56,585 bases of DNA from a virus, in the IMG/VR virus record IMGVR_UViG_3300010043_000001, positions 1-56,585 of that record; one strand, given 5' to 3'. Below are positions 1-8,942 of the stretch, piece after piece. Position 1 is the stretch's first letter. The number at the start of each line of letters is the position of its first letter. The translations under genes were made by a program, and so were the position numbers. A model generated the notes under the pieces. It was not told the DNA's origin and searched no databases. It worked only from the letters and a program-made list of their open reading frames with translations.

Positions 1-123
1 CCGAAATTGCGGATATCAAATAGTTCCGCTAACGTCCACGGGTCAATCGGGAAGCCTCTCATCTGAAGCTGGAGATAGAACAGACGCCGCGAGATCGAAT
101 TGAATTCGTGTAGCGAGTAGGGC
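1..123. repeat. Terminal overlap, copy 1 (identical to 56463..56585); circular-closure signature
   Basis: Direct reading: 123/123 nt are identical at the two window ends. The overlap lies inside one continuous minus-strand ORF. Unique genome length is 56462 bp. Confidence 0.95.
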
Positions 124-1970
124 ATCACGCTGAAGCTGAAATTATTTTTGTGCCATCTCGCCCTTTCAAACTGCGGCACCAGTTCTCCACGCTCGAAGTA
201 GGCTTCCCATTCCATGGGAGCGCCTACTTTGCGGCGCATTTCGATGCTGCTGAGGTCCGGTCCTTCCACCGATTTCCAGTCGCCTTCATGGACGTAAGGA
301 ATGAGCGTGCCGGGGCGGTAATCGTAATCCTCTTCCGCGAGGCCGTCCGGTCCAATTAACTGCATTCTTTTGGCGGCGGTATAGAACTGGAAGAAATTGC
401 TCTTCCAGAGTTCGCCCAGGTTGCGGATGGATTCCTCCATGTTGCGGCTCTGATCTTTGATGAGCGGGCCGAGTTGCTCCATGAGCCGCTCCACGCTGTC
501 GCCGGAGGGAAGCTGGCGGGCGCGGGCCAGGGCCTGGGCGTCGGCAACGCCCATCTGGTCTTTGATCATGCTGTTCAACATCTGCTGAGCTTGTAAGTAG
601 TGCGCCGGGTAGTCATACCATTGAAACGGCAGTAACGGCCCCATCTGCTGCGCCAGCGGCACCATGGACAGATCCAGTCCGACCACCTGATTGGGAATTC
701 TGGTATTGATGGTTTGCGCCAGTGCGCTGGCCTGCGAATTGCGGTCGAAGGCTCGCGGCGGACTCAACCTCGCATTCATGGCATCGACCATGCCGCGCCA
801 CATGTCGATGCTGGCGTTCTCGATGGACTGTCCGTATCTGGTGATGGGGAAGCCCAGATAATTCCAGGCCCAGTCGTCGGCGCGAAGCATCGCGACCGGA
901 ACTTTGGCGTGCCAGTAGGGCGAGGCCTGACACTCTGGATCGGGATTGACCACCACTCCCAGCGTGTCCGTGCCCACGGCGATCACCAGCCGCCGGTTGG
1001 GATACATCAGGCAGTCTTCCCTGGTGGCTTTGCGGGTGATGGGCTGGCCGTTACGCGAGCCGACCGGGATCTCCTGGCCCACGAAGGGAACTTCGTAACT
1101 CCAGCTGGTGCCCCAGATGCCGTCCGGGCCTTTCATCTGGATCGGCACCCCGGTATCGTTCACGCTCTCCCGGTCATCGCAGTAGACGTAGAAGACATCG
1201 ACCATGGCCCAAGGCGCGGCTTCGTGCTCGTAGCGTGCGCCCTGCCCGAACCGTTTCAGGACCGCCGTAGCAAATTTGACAGCTTGCGAGATCACCGTGC
1301 CGTGGCCCGCGCGGGCATCGCGGGCGGGTTTGATCTGATCCACGTAGAGCGGGAATAACCGCCACGCCTCATGGACCGGGGTCTCTACTCTCAGCGCTAC
1401 CGCATAGGCTTTTTGCAGATCGTGCTGGCGCCCCATGCCGATGGGCAGCACGTCCAGCGGACCGTAGGCATCCCACACGATGTCGCCTTTCCCGTGATAC
1501 CAGTAGTGCGGATCGTAGCGCGTGCCCACGTAGCCGGTCCCGGCGATGCAGGCGAACTGCCACGCCTTGCGCAGTTGCCGGTCGGCGAAGGTCATGCCCT
1601 GCCACGCCATAAACGATTTGTTCAGAATCGTGGTCTGCTTGCGGAACTCCTCCAGTTCGCTTTTGAATGCCGGGATAATTCGGATATTGGTCTGGGCCGC
1701 GATCAGTTCCTTGGCGTTGCGCACCGTCTGGTCGGTTCGCATCTTCGACAATAGGCCGATGGGAGTGGACTTCGGTTCGGCGTTGACCAGATCGATGCCG
1801 TCGGTAATGAACGGAAATGCCGGCTGTAGCCGCAGGTAGCTGCGGCCGTCGCTGATCACATCGCGCGTCCAGGCGAGCAGGCTCTCGGGCGTCGAGATGT
1901 CGCGGTTAGAGGCTAACGAATCCGAATCAAAAGGCGCGGGACATAAATACGCGCTGTCGATCCCCGGCAT
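1..1970 (-). CDS. Portal-like protein, N-terminal part (ORF crosses the window junction and continues at 56462..56222; 736 aa in total)
   Basis: Not in the ORF track because it has no stop before the window edge. Manual translation from ATG 1970..1968 (MPGIDSAYLCPAPFDSD...WQFACIAGTGYVGTRYDPHYWYHGKGD...) is stop-free to base 1. It reads ...RRLFYLQLQ-MRGFPIDPWTLAELFDIRNFG, in frame with tracked ORF 56222..56524. The portal call rests on size and position (downstream of terL, upstream of scaffold and capsid). Confidence 0.6.
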   Translation of the reverse strand, partial: MPGIDSAYLCPAPFDSDSLASNRDISTPESLLAWTRDVISDGRSYLRLQPAFPFITDGIDLVNAEPKSTPIGLLSKMRTDQTVRNAKELIAAQTNIRIIPAFKSELEEFRKQTTILNKSFMAWQGMTFADRQLRKAWQFACIAGTGYVGTRYDPHYWYHGKGDIVWDAYGPLDVLPIGMGRQHDLQKAYAVALRVETPVHEAWRLFPLYVDQIKPARDARAGHGTVISQAVKFATAVLKRFGQGARYEHEAAPWAMVDVFYVYCDDRESVNDTGVPIQMKGPDGIWGTSWSYEVPFVGQEIPVGSRNGQPITRKATREDCLMYPNRRLVIAVGTDTLGVVVNPDPECQASPYWHAKVPVAMLRADDWAWNYLGFPITRYGQSIENASIDMWRGMVDAMNARLSPPRAFDRNSQASALAQTINTRIPNQVVGLDLSMVPLAQQMGPLLPFQWYDYPAHYLQAQQMLNSMIKDQMGVADAQALARARQLPSGDSVERLMEQLGPLIKDQSRNMEESIRNLGELWKSNFFQFYTAAKRMQLIGPDGLAEEDYDYRPGTLIPYVHEGDWKSVEGPDLSSIEMRRKVGAPMEWEAYFERGELVPQFERARWHKNNFSFSVMPYSLHEFNSISRRLFYLQLQMRGFPIDPWTLAELFDIRNF

Positions 1971-2016
1971 ACGGCCATTCTACTGATCCGTAGCACGAAT
2001 GCCAATATTCGTAGCA

Positions 2017-2541
2017 CTAGCTTTTCTTCTCCCGCCATCCGGTTTCCGGCCCCGAATACGAGTTGCGATTGCCGCTATCGTAGCTCAGCACGTTGATATG
2101 GAAGTGGGGATCGATAGCCTTGCCGCGCTTGCGCAGCCGCACCTGATCGGTCCATTCGCGCACGCGCCGCCGCAGGGCTTCCGCCCTGGCGTTGGCGCAG
2201 CCCCGCGCATCCTCGTCTCTTCTGCGCTCCTTAATCCCGGCATCGTCGAGTGCGTGCCGCATTTCCCTGTCCGCTTCCATTTTGCGGCGCTCGATGTCGT
2301 TCATGCGCGACACGAAGCGATCCGCTTCGCGGAGATTCTGGATCTCGACCCGGTGATAACCGTTGGGACATGGCTCGTTAGTCTGGCCAGGAAACGAGTA
2401 CTTCTCGCTGTCGGCGTTCGACTGCCAGACCACGATGGGAGCGAAGCGCTGGGCCGCAGATTCGCGGATCGCCCCGTGCGGGCAGAACGGATATTCCCCG
2501 AATTCGATCTCATGGCCGCAGTCAATGCAGGTGGTAGTCAT
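2017..2541 (-). CDS. Hypothetical late-operon protein with N-terminal zinc-ribbon-like Cys/His cluster
   Basis: Tracked 174-aa ORF with CIDCGHEIEFGEYPFCPHG at the N-terminus. Its start overlaps the stop of 2538..3305 by 4 nt. Confidence 0.6.
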   Translation of the reverse strand: MTTTCIDCGHEIEFGEYPFCPHGAIRESAAQRFAPIVVWQSNADSEKYSFPGQTNEPCPNGYHRVEIQNLREADRFVSRMNDIERRKMEADREMRHALDDAGIKERRRDEDARGCANARAEALRRRVREWTDQVRLRKRGKAIDPHFHINVLSYDSGNRNSYSGPETGWREKKS

Positions 2542-3305
2542 TTTTGTGGGGTCACCGTGACAAACGGGCTCTTGAGCGAGGTGTTGTAATTTTCCGCGAT
2601 ACGACGGATCAGCGCGGCCACTTCGGCAGGCAGATGAGTCTCGAAGCTTTTGAGGTATAGCTGACGCATGTCTTCGTTGAATTCGGGGCCTAAACTGCGC
2701 GGGCTGGCCGCAATGTAAGCAGGTAGTTCAAAATTTTCACTTCCAGCCAGATTGTGTTCACGAAAACCTTTCTCGGCAGCTTGTTCGATTCCCCGCATAG
2801 AAAACATATCGCCTATCGCGGGATGGTCAGGATATGACCAGGGATACGAAACAATCGGAGGATATTTGCCTTTTTCGAGATTCTGCGCCCCTCCTTTTTC
2901 CAGTGCCGCATGGACATCCTCGTGAGCGACGGTCTCTCCTACCGTCCAGTAAGGATTCCTGCGTCCAGCGGTTATGTGAATCTGAGCGGGCAATTCTTCT
3001 GGCGGGCGCAACTGATCATAATGGAGGACGGTTGCCGGATGAAACTGTCCAGGAACATAATCTTCATCCTTATAGCGTTGAGATAATTCCGTACCTTCAT
3101 ATACTTCGGGAGATTGAAAATAAATCGGTGTTTTGGTGAAGCGGGTATAGGCGTGCGGTCCATAAGGGATATTGGTTCCTTTGTAAAATGTTTGTCCATG
3201 CCTGAACTCCGGCTCAATGCCGTACCCGGCTTGTATCTCATCGGGATCTTGCTTCATCCCCGCGAGGCCCGTCAGATGCTTTCCGAGTTTGCGCTTATCA
3301 GCCAT
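2538..3305 (-). CDS. Hypothetical protein with HExxH (zinc-metallopeptidase-type) motif
   Basis: Tracked 255-aa ORF containing TVGETVAHEDVHAALEKG. The region looks more AT-rich than its neighbours by eye. Confidence 0.55.
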   Translation of the reverse strand: MADKRKLGKHLTGLAGMKQDPDEIQAGYGIEPEFRHGQTFYKGTNIPYGPHAYTRFTKTPIYFQSPEVYEGTELSQRYKDEDYVPGQFHPATVLHYDQLRPPEELPAQIHITAGRRNPYWTVGETVAHEDVHAALEKGGAQNLEKGKYPPIVSYPWSYPDHPAIGDMFSMRGIEQAAEKGFREHNLAGSENFELPAYIAASPRSLGPEFNEDMRQLYLKSFETHLPAEVAALIRRIAENYNTSLKSPFVTVTPQK

Positions 3306-3308
3306 CGC

Positions 3309-3533
3309 TCACCGCTTTCGGACACCGGGTGCTATCTTCACCGTTGGATAGCGGTCGCGGATTTTCGTCCAGAAGTAGGTTCCCGAACCGCCGGTCTGGA
3401 CGAAGTTGTGAAATTCCGTGAGCGGAACCCCAGCGTACTGATAGATGCTGCCGTCGTGAAACTGGATGGTCAGCACCTGGGAATCGGGGTCATAGTTGTG
3501 GCTCATCAGGTGGGACGATTGCGAGGTGTTCAT
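3309..3533 (-). CDS. KTSC-domain protein
   Basis: Tracked 74-aa ORF. LTIQFHDGSIYQYAGVPLTEFHNFVQTGGSGTYFWTKIR fits my memory of the KTSC pattern (YxYxxVPxxxF...G.yF...I). Confidence 0.55.
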   Translation of the reverse strand: MNTSQSSHLMSHNYDPDSQVLTIQFHDGSIYQYAGVPLTEFHNFVQTGGSGTYFWTKIRDRYPTVKIAPGVRKR

Positions 3534-3808
3534 ATTCTGCGCTCCAGAATCTCACGCCAGACGCGCTCACCTTCCGCAATTTCGCGCCGGTGCTGCAAGC
3601 GTCCCTCCGGGGTGCGCTCCCACTCCAGGCGATTAAAAATCACCGCCAGCCGGATGGCGTGCGGATCGTGCTCGCGATAATGGCGGATCAGTTCCTCCAT
3701 GAGCACCACGCCCTTGAGCGTGCGCTGGGCTTCCAGGTGTTTGCCCTCGCGCATCTCGGCCAGGGCGTGATGCACTTCCTCGAACAGCATGCGGTAGACG
3801 GAATCCAT
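3530..3808 (-). CDS. Hypothetical protein (92 aa)
   Basis: Internal ATG (MDSVYRMLFEEVHH...) of tracked ORF 3530..3961. The ATG overlaps the terL stop. The upstream part of the tracked ORF is R/G/P-rich off-frame-like sequence inside terL. Confidence 0.55.
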   Translation of the reverse strand: MDSVYRMLFEEVHHALAEMREGKHLEAQRTLKGVVLMEELIRHYREHDPHAIRLAVIFNRLEWERTPEGRLQHRREIAEGERVWREILERRI

Positions 3809-5991
3809 CAGTAGCTCCTTTCTTCGTAGATGCCGGTATCGCTCCGCTCCTGATAAGAGTAGGCCCACTGCGCATACTGGCGGGGCGGGGCCGCGCGGCC
3901 CACCGGGCTGCGACCGCTGTAGGCGGCGATCTTGGCGCTGCGGAAATAATCCGCGTCCCATTTATACAGGCTCACCAGTATGAATCCCAGCGCCATAATC
4001 CGGTCGTCGAATCCGCCGTAACCGGCTTTCAGGCTCTGCACGAACTGGTCGCCCTGGAGCGAGGCCATCTCCTGCACGAAGAATGGCGAGCAGATTTCGA
4101 TATCGCCGTCGCGCAGCATTTTCACCAGCATTTCGATCATGCCGTCGCGGAACCAGGAATTGGTATACACGCCGATTTTGGTGTACTGATTCAATTTCGG
4201 GGAGCGCGAATCCAGTTGTTTGTCATTCCACGGGTGAAAATTCCGCCAGCCCATCTGCCGGATGATATTCTGCGCCAGATCGCCGTGGCCTTTACACTCG
4301 ATGGCCAGCCGGGGCTGCTTGAGTTCGTTGGTGGCGTGGTCGGTCACCGAATATAGCGTACCCAGCGCGAGCGCGAACGGCCAGGAGTCGAGAGCGTTCA
4401 TTTTTCCCGACGCGTATTCGAAGACCTGCTTGGTGGGGCCGTTGATCGAGCCTTTGCGCAGGCCTTCGAGCACGGTTCTATCTTTTTCGATGCCGTCCGA
4501 AGTATCCATGCCGATGCCGTAGGTCTCGCCGTCCACCGGCATTTCGAAGAGATAGATTTTGTCCACCCCGCTCTCGAGCGTCCACCCGTCGAAGCGCAGC
4601 GGCACCAGATCGAATTGCAGGGGATACCCGGTGGTGCGCTCGCAGCGCACGGTGATCGGCGGCAGGTTCGGGTTGCGCAGCAATTCCGCCGGTTGCAAGC
4701 GCGGGTTCACCACTTCGGCTGCGCCCACTAATCCGTAGGCTCCGATCAGTTCCTGGCGGTGGGCGTTTTCGCGGTAGAAGGTGATGGTTTCGGTATCGAA
4801 TACGCTGATGGAAGTGGACTGAAATGCCTCGTCATCGTTCGCCGGCATTTCCTGTAAGAACTTGTTCAGGCGGCGTTCGCGCATGGCGCTTTCGCGCTCA
4901 CATTCGTAATACCAGATCTGCTCCAGCGGCATCTGCCAGTCGCGGCCCAGGCGCGAATACAGATACTCGGTCTTCTTCACGTACTGTTCCGCGCCGTCGG
5001 CGTGCGCCCTGGCCCAGGGCAGCATGTGGATGGAGTAATCTGTAGGCACCGGATGCGCCCGTAGCCAGTGTTCCTTGGGGTAAAGACCACCGACGAACCA
5101 GGGAAGGAACAGCGGTCTCAGGCGTGAGCGCCGCTCGGGCCATCCGGCTTTGGCGCTCTTCCATTTGTCGTGCCACCAGTTATTCATCCCCTTGGCGGTG
5201 CTTTCCAGCGCCAGAAAAGTCTGCGGGCTGTCGTGCATGGCGCGGAGCAGCGCGGAATCGATCAAGTCGGAAACCTTGAACTCGTCGAATTCCGCCAACT
5301 CGGAAATATGAGCCTTCGTGGGCGTAGTTCCCCTGGCAATTCCCGTCGTCTGCTGGCCGTGTTGCAGAGTCAGCGCGGAACCGTTGGCCAGTTCGAGGTA
5401 TTTATTCTCGCGCCGGAAGCGTTCCCCCGGCCTCATCCAGAACGGCAGGCGCACCAGGACGAAGTCCAGCATGTCGAACAGCAGGCCGGTCTTGTCCTCC
5501 GTGCTGCTGGCGAGAAAGGCGTTGGTGTGCGCCTGGAACAGCACCGAGTGCAGCAGGATGAGGCTGATGATGCGGCTCAAACCCAACTGCCGGGCCTTCA
5601 GGATAATCAGCATCAGGCTGAGATCCTGCTCCTGCATCTCGGCCAGGATGGAGAGGAAAATCTGCTGGCTGATCCAGGGGTCCATGCGAACCACACGGTC
5701 TTCTTCGTTTTTGATCCAGCAGTAGCGGGAAACGAAATAGGAAAAATCAGCCCGGCAGAGGATGCGCTCGTTGCGGATCAGTTTGGTTTCCTCGGCGGTG
5801 AGGGTGTCACGCCAGTCCTTTGCCGGATCTCGCTTATTGACGCTCTCGCCGACTTCGTTGTTTTCGATCAGGCTGTTGAAGTGGAGCGTGTAGCGTTCCG
5901 CTTCCAGGACGGAGTGATATTCGGGCCGGAAGTTGCCGCGTTGCATCGCCCATTGATTGAGCGTGGCCTCAATCGCCTTCGGATGGAACAT
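3808..5991 (-). CDS. terL: Terminase large subunit
   Basis: Tracked 727-aa ORF with a Walker-A-like LKARQLGLSR, as in large terminases. Size and position relative to the portal fit. Confidence 0.85.
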   Translation of the reverse strand: MFHPKAIEATLNQWAMQRGNFRPEYHSVLEAERYTLHFNSLIENNEVGESVNKRDPAKDWRDTLTAEETKLIRNERILCRADFSYFVSRYCWIKNEEDRVVRMDPWISQQIFLSILAEMQEQDLSLMLIILKARQLGLSRIISLILLHSVLFQAHTNAFLASSTEDKTGLLFDMLDFVLVRLPFWMRPGERFRRENKYLELANGSALTLQHGQQTTGIARGTTPTKAHISELAEFDEFKVSDLIDSALLRAMHDSPQTFLALESTAKGMNNWWHDKWKSAKAGWPERRSRLRPLFLPWFVGGLYPKEHWLRAHPVPTDYSIHMLPWARAHADGAEQYVKKTEYLYSRLGRDWQMPLEQIWYYECERESAMRERRLNKFLQEMPANDDEAFQSTSISVFDTETITFYRENAHRQELIGAYGLVGAAEVVNPRLQPAELLRNPNLPPITVRCERTTGYPLQFDLVPLRFDGWTLESGVDKIYLFEMPVDGETYGIGMDTSDGIEKDRTVLEGLRKGSINGPTKQVFEYASGKMNALDSWPFALALGTLYSVTDHATNELKQPRLAIECKGHGDLAQNIIRQMGWRNFHPWNDKQLDSRSPKLNQYTKIGVYTNSWFRDGMIEMLVKMLRDGDIEICSPFFVQEMASLQGDQFVQSLKAGYGGFDDRIMALGFILVSLYKWDADYFRSAKIAAYSGRSPVGRAAPPRQYAQWAYSYQERSDTGIYEERSY

Positions 5992-6667
5992 CGGATTTCA
6001 CCACGAACGGGGTTTCGAGTTGCCGCGACATCTCGATCACCTCCTCGTCCATCGATTTCAAGCGACCGCTGATGTCCTCCCCGGCCAGCTTCACGGCACC
6101 GGCCTGAGCAGTGGGAGAGTTGATGATGTTGATCGATGCGCCCTTCTTGTCGGGCAGACAGCCCCAGGCGCGGAACAATAGTTCCCGGTCCCGGTAATTC
6201 TCTTCCTGGTAGGCGAGTTTCACGGTGCGCTCCAGCAGATCCGGCTGCGCAATCGCGCTGACCATGCTGGATTCGGCGGCTTTCGATTCCCACAGGCCAC
6301 GGCAGACGGCTCCGATCAGATCTCCCGGCGTGACTCCGGCCAGATCGCAGAGTTGCTCCGGCCAGACCTCGCGCCGGTCGCGCGGCGTCAGCGCCTGATA
6401 CACATCGCGCACCTTGGCCATTTCGCTGTCGCCGTTGCGTGCCGCCAGATCCACATACTGGATGTAATGTCTCCAGGTCGGCTGCACATGACGGAAAGCA
6501 ACCGACAGCGGGCTGCGTGTGACCAGGGCAGCGCCGATCTTAACGGCCAGCGGTTTCGGGGGAAGCGCTGGTGGCGGTACCGGCGGGTTTTCGCTCGCCT
6601 CGGTCGGGTCGCTCGGCGCGGGCAAAGAGCGTTTTCCAATCCTGCGGCGGCTCCCATTCTTCGCCAT
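5969..6667 (-). CDS. Putative small terminase subunit (positional call only)
   Basis: ORF 5969..6700 with the start moved to ATG 6667 (AAGGA 6 nt upstream). It ends 23 nt inside the terL start. No family motif recognised. Confidence 0.35.
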   Translation of the reverse strand: MAKNGSRRRIGKRSLPAPSDPTEASENPPVPPPALPPKPLAVKIGAALVTRSPLSVAFRHVQPTWRHYIQYVDLAARNGDSEMAKVRDVYQALTPRDRREVWPEQLCDLAGVTPGDLIGAVCRGLWESKAAESSMVSAIAQPDLLERTVKLAYQEENYRDRELLFRAWGCLPDKKGASINIINSPTAQAGAVKLAGEDISGRLKSMDEEVIEMSRQLETPFVVKSDVPSEGD

Positions 6668-6941
6668 AGATATTCCTTTGCTCGATCTCCCAGGATGCAA
6701 GGGCTTCGGTCATGGCTTCGGAGCCGGGGACGACCCGGTAGCGCTCGGCAAAGGCATCCTGCTCCTGGCGGATGCGCTCCAGGTCCTCGGGGCTGATGGT
6801 GTGCAGATCGTCGAGCGTGGCCTGATGGATGGCACGCGCATCCGGCTCTGGAGGAAAGACCAGCTTCTCCAGCAGGAAGACCAGTTTTTCGAGCGCTCCC
6901 GCCACCCGCTCCAGATCGACGTGCAGTTCGACCAGAGTCAT
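6540..6941 (-). CDS. Hypothetical protein (133 aa)
   Basis: Internal ATG (MTLVELHVDLERV...) of tracked ORF 6540..7289, with an ATGA overlap onto the stop of 6938..7264. The 3' end overlaps the next gene out of frame by about 128 nt, so one boundary is uncertain. Confidence 0.45.
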   Translation of the reverse strand: MTLVELHVDLERVAGALEKLVFLLEKLVFPPEPDARAIHQATLDDLHTISPEDLERIRQEQDAFAERYRVVPGSEAMTEALASWEIEQRNIYGEEWEPPQDWKTLFARAERPDRGERKPAGTATSASPETAGR

Positions 6942-7264
6942 GAGAATTTGAGCGCCGGTTTCGGCTTCCAGTGCCCTTCGCTCTGGCGGGCGACTTCGTT
7001 TTCCAGATCGGTCAGACGGCGGTTCACGCTGTCGAAGATGGCATCGGTCTCCATGCGGGAGAAAACCATTTCCACCTGATCGGGAGCGATGGCGTTGACC
7101 AGGAACGAGCCTTCGAAGTGCAGCGCGAATAGTTGCAGGCTCCCGTCGGGCCACTGACCGGTGACGATGGCCGGAATGCGGCGCGTGTCGCCGCTCGTGC
7201 CGCGCGAGCCGGGGGCTTCGAAGCGCACGATGGAACCGACTTCGATCTGCTGGACGGCGGTCAT
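6938..7264 (-). CDS. Hypothetical protein (108 aa)
   Basis: Tracked ORF, translationally coupled on both sides. Confidence 0.6.
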   Translation of the reverse strand: MTAVQQIEVGSIVRFEAPGSRGTSGDTRRIPAIVTGQWPDGSLQLFALHFEGSFLVNAIAPDQVEMVFSRMETDAIFDSVNRRLTDLENEVARQSEGHWKPKPALKFS

Positions 7265-7836
7265 TTACCACCTCCGAAACGCCACGCATCGCGATTATTC
7301 TGGCCGCGCCGCAAGCCCGCCGGTCCCTGGTCGATCTTGGCGATAGTCGCGTTGCTGGAGGTCGGCATACCGTCGATCATGCCGTCTCCCGTGCGGCTGA
7401 CTTTGAGTCCCGGCAGATCTTCGATCTCGCGGCCTTCGAGCGAGTGGGTGTCGCTGGTCACGATCTGCGCTCCGATTTCGCGCGGTCCACGGGCCGGTCG
7501 CGAAACCGGGAGATTGTGCATCTCGCGGATCTTGTCGGGGGGATGCCCGCCGGGAACCGGAGCGGCAATATCCACGCTTTCGGCAACGATGGTGTCCATG
7601 ATAGCTGGGGTATCCAGGACCACGTCGCACATATCCCCGATGGTTACCGTCTCCGGGCTGGGCTGATCGGCCCAGATTTGCAGTTCCACGCGCAGCGTCA
7701 TGCGAACGCGCGGCAGAGTCAGGTGGGGCTGGAAGTAGGGCACGTTGCGGACAATCTGCTGGAAGCGGTTTTCCAGCACATGCGCGACTTCCTCGCCGGA
7801 GAGTTCGTTGAACGTCAGAGTGGTTGGCAGTGCCAT
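7261..7836 (-). CDS. Hypothetical protein (191 aa)
   Basis: Internal ATG (MALPTTLTFNELSGEE...) of tracked ORF 7261..7983. The start abuts the stop of the upstream gene at 7836. Confidence 0.6.
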   Translation of the reverse strand: MALPTTLTFNELSGEEVAHVLENRFQQIVRNVPYFQPHLTLPRVRMTLRVELQIWADQPSPETVTIGDMCDVVLDTPAIMDTIVAESVDIAAPVPGGHPPDKIREMHNLPVSRPARGPREIGAQIVTSDTHSLEGREIEDLPGLKVSRTGDGMIDGMPTSSNATIAKIDQGPAGLRRGQNNRDAWRFGGGK

Positions 7837-8189
7837 CAGGTGATGATCTCCACGTGCAGCTTTGCGCCGCCTGCTTCGGAGTAGACTTGCATCATGCCTT
7901 GGGGGGTCCCGGTACCGGGGAAACTGGCGCGATAGATCCGCTCCGGCCCTCCAGGGCTCAGCGAAGCCCCGTAGTTGGTGCAACTGAGCGGAATCGCGTC
8001 GTAGATCTGGCCCAGAAATACCGGACCAGAATTCGACGGATCAGCCGAGATGCGGAATTCCACCCCGGTACCGGGAGCGTTGGGATTCAGTTGCTGGTGG
8101 ATCAGTTCGAGCACACCCACCGGCTTGTCGGCGGGCACGGTGATGGTGCCGGACACATACGGGCAGGGGGTGGAGGGTGTGGGCATCAT
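7836..8189 (-). CDS. Small fibre-cassette protein, paralog of 39358..39714
   Basis: Internal ATG (MMPTPSTPCPYVSGTITVPA...) of ORF 7836..8486. It aligns end to end with the 118-aa ORF 39358..39714 (shared LI.QL..N.PGT.VE..ISA...NSG, P.RIYR, ..E..T C-terminus). Confidence 0.7.
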   Translation of the reverse strand: MMPTPSTPCPYVSGTITVPADKPVGVLELIHQQLNPNAPGTGVEFRISADPSNSGPVFLGQIYDAIPLSCTNYGASLSPGGPERIYRASFPGTGTPQGMMQVYSEAGGAKLHVEIIT

Positions 8190-8596
8190 GCGGCCAGTCT
8201 CACGGTAATGGTCGCGCCCCGGCCAATCAATGGGGTCAGCGCCGCGCAGTCGGGATTGTCGATGTCCTGCAACACCTGACAGACGCAGGGTGCGCCCGCG
8301 ATCACGCGCAGACCGGCGGGTCCGTCGGGGATGACGATGCCGTTGTCCGCCGTGCCGGGAGGGAGCGTGATCGATTCCGGGTCGTTGACTGCCGGATCGG
8401 CATCGGCGCGGTAGTAAACGGTGCAGGGGCCGAGATTCAAAATATTCACCCGGTAACTGCCGCAGAAACCCGTGACCAGATGACACAGGGTTTCGTGATC
8501 GAGCGTGATGGTGTTGAACGTCTTCAAGGTGACCGTGGGTCCGGCGATGGGACGGGGAATCGCGGGAGGAGTCGTGGGCTGGCTAGTGATGGCCAT
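8186..8596 (-). CDS. Fibre-cassette protein, paralog of the C-terminal domain of 41405..42208
   Basis: Internal ATG (MAITSQPTTPP...) of ORF 8186..8779. Shared motifs are FNT(I/V)T and NLGP..(V/L)Y.RA...P.VNDP...TLPPGT.DN.I. Confidence 0.7.
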   Translation of the reverse strand: MAITSQPTTPPAIPRPIAGPTVTLKTFNTITLDHETLCHLVTGFCGSYRVNILNLGPCTVYYRADADPAVNDPESITLPPGTADNGIVIPDGPAGLRVIAGAPCVCQVLQDIDNPDCAALTPLIGRGATITVRLAA

Positions 8597-8942
8597 TGGC
8601 GGATTCTTTCGGCGGCGGCAGTTGGGCGACCAGCGGATCGTACCAGAATAAGTCGCGAGCGGGAACGATTCTGGCGATATCGACAGCCTTGCAGATGCGT
8701 TCGATATCGTCAGTCTCCAGCCGGTACTCCAGCGGCTGGATCGTGGTGTCCCAAACCACGTATTCCTTGTTGTCGGCAACTTTCACTTTGCGCCAGCCGA
8801 TGGCTTCGCGCTCCTGATCGTTCAGGTCGATGGAGTTGGCAAGCTGGCAGGTCTTCCAGACTTCAAAGCGGCCCACGACCTCCATGGACTTCAGGATGGC
8901 CACCAGATTCAGGCGCTGGGTGGAATCTAAGTTGAGGGTCAT
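8583..8942 (-). CDS. Hypothetical protein (119 aa)
   Basis: Tracked ORF in the late operon, coupled to its neighbours. Confidence 0.6.
   Translation of the reverse strand: MTLNLDSTQRLNLVAILKSMEVVGRFEVWKTCQLANSIDLNDQEREAIGWRKVKVADNKEYVVWDTTIQPLEYRLETDDIERICKAVDIARIVPARDLFWYDPLVAQLPPPKESANGHH

Noticed and set aside
1-123. The 123-bp terminal repeat as a genuine packaged direct terminal repeat (T7-like DTR).
   Set aside because: It lies in the middle of a continuous 736-aa ORF and is exactly identical, which is more typical of an assembly circularisation overlap. True termini cannot be inferred without read data.
150-1839. Plus-strand ORFs 150..359, 714..1358, 1371..1754 and 1546..1839, and short minus ORFs 356..547, 613..933, 1174..1365 and 1369..1605.
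   Set aside because: All are antisense to or out of frame with the long stop-free minus frame that encodes the portal-like protein. Their compositions are R/G/H-rich as expected for off-frames in GC-rich DNA.
6540-6667. A 128-nt out-of-frame overlap between 6540..6941 and the terS candidate, which might be a programmed overlap or frameshift site.
   Set aside because: It is more likely a start-codon ambiguity, since alternative ATGs exist (for example 6421). Third-position GC looks similar in both frames by eye. It cannot be resolved without comparative data, so no claim is made.
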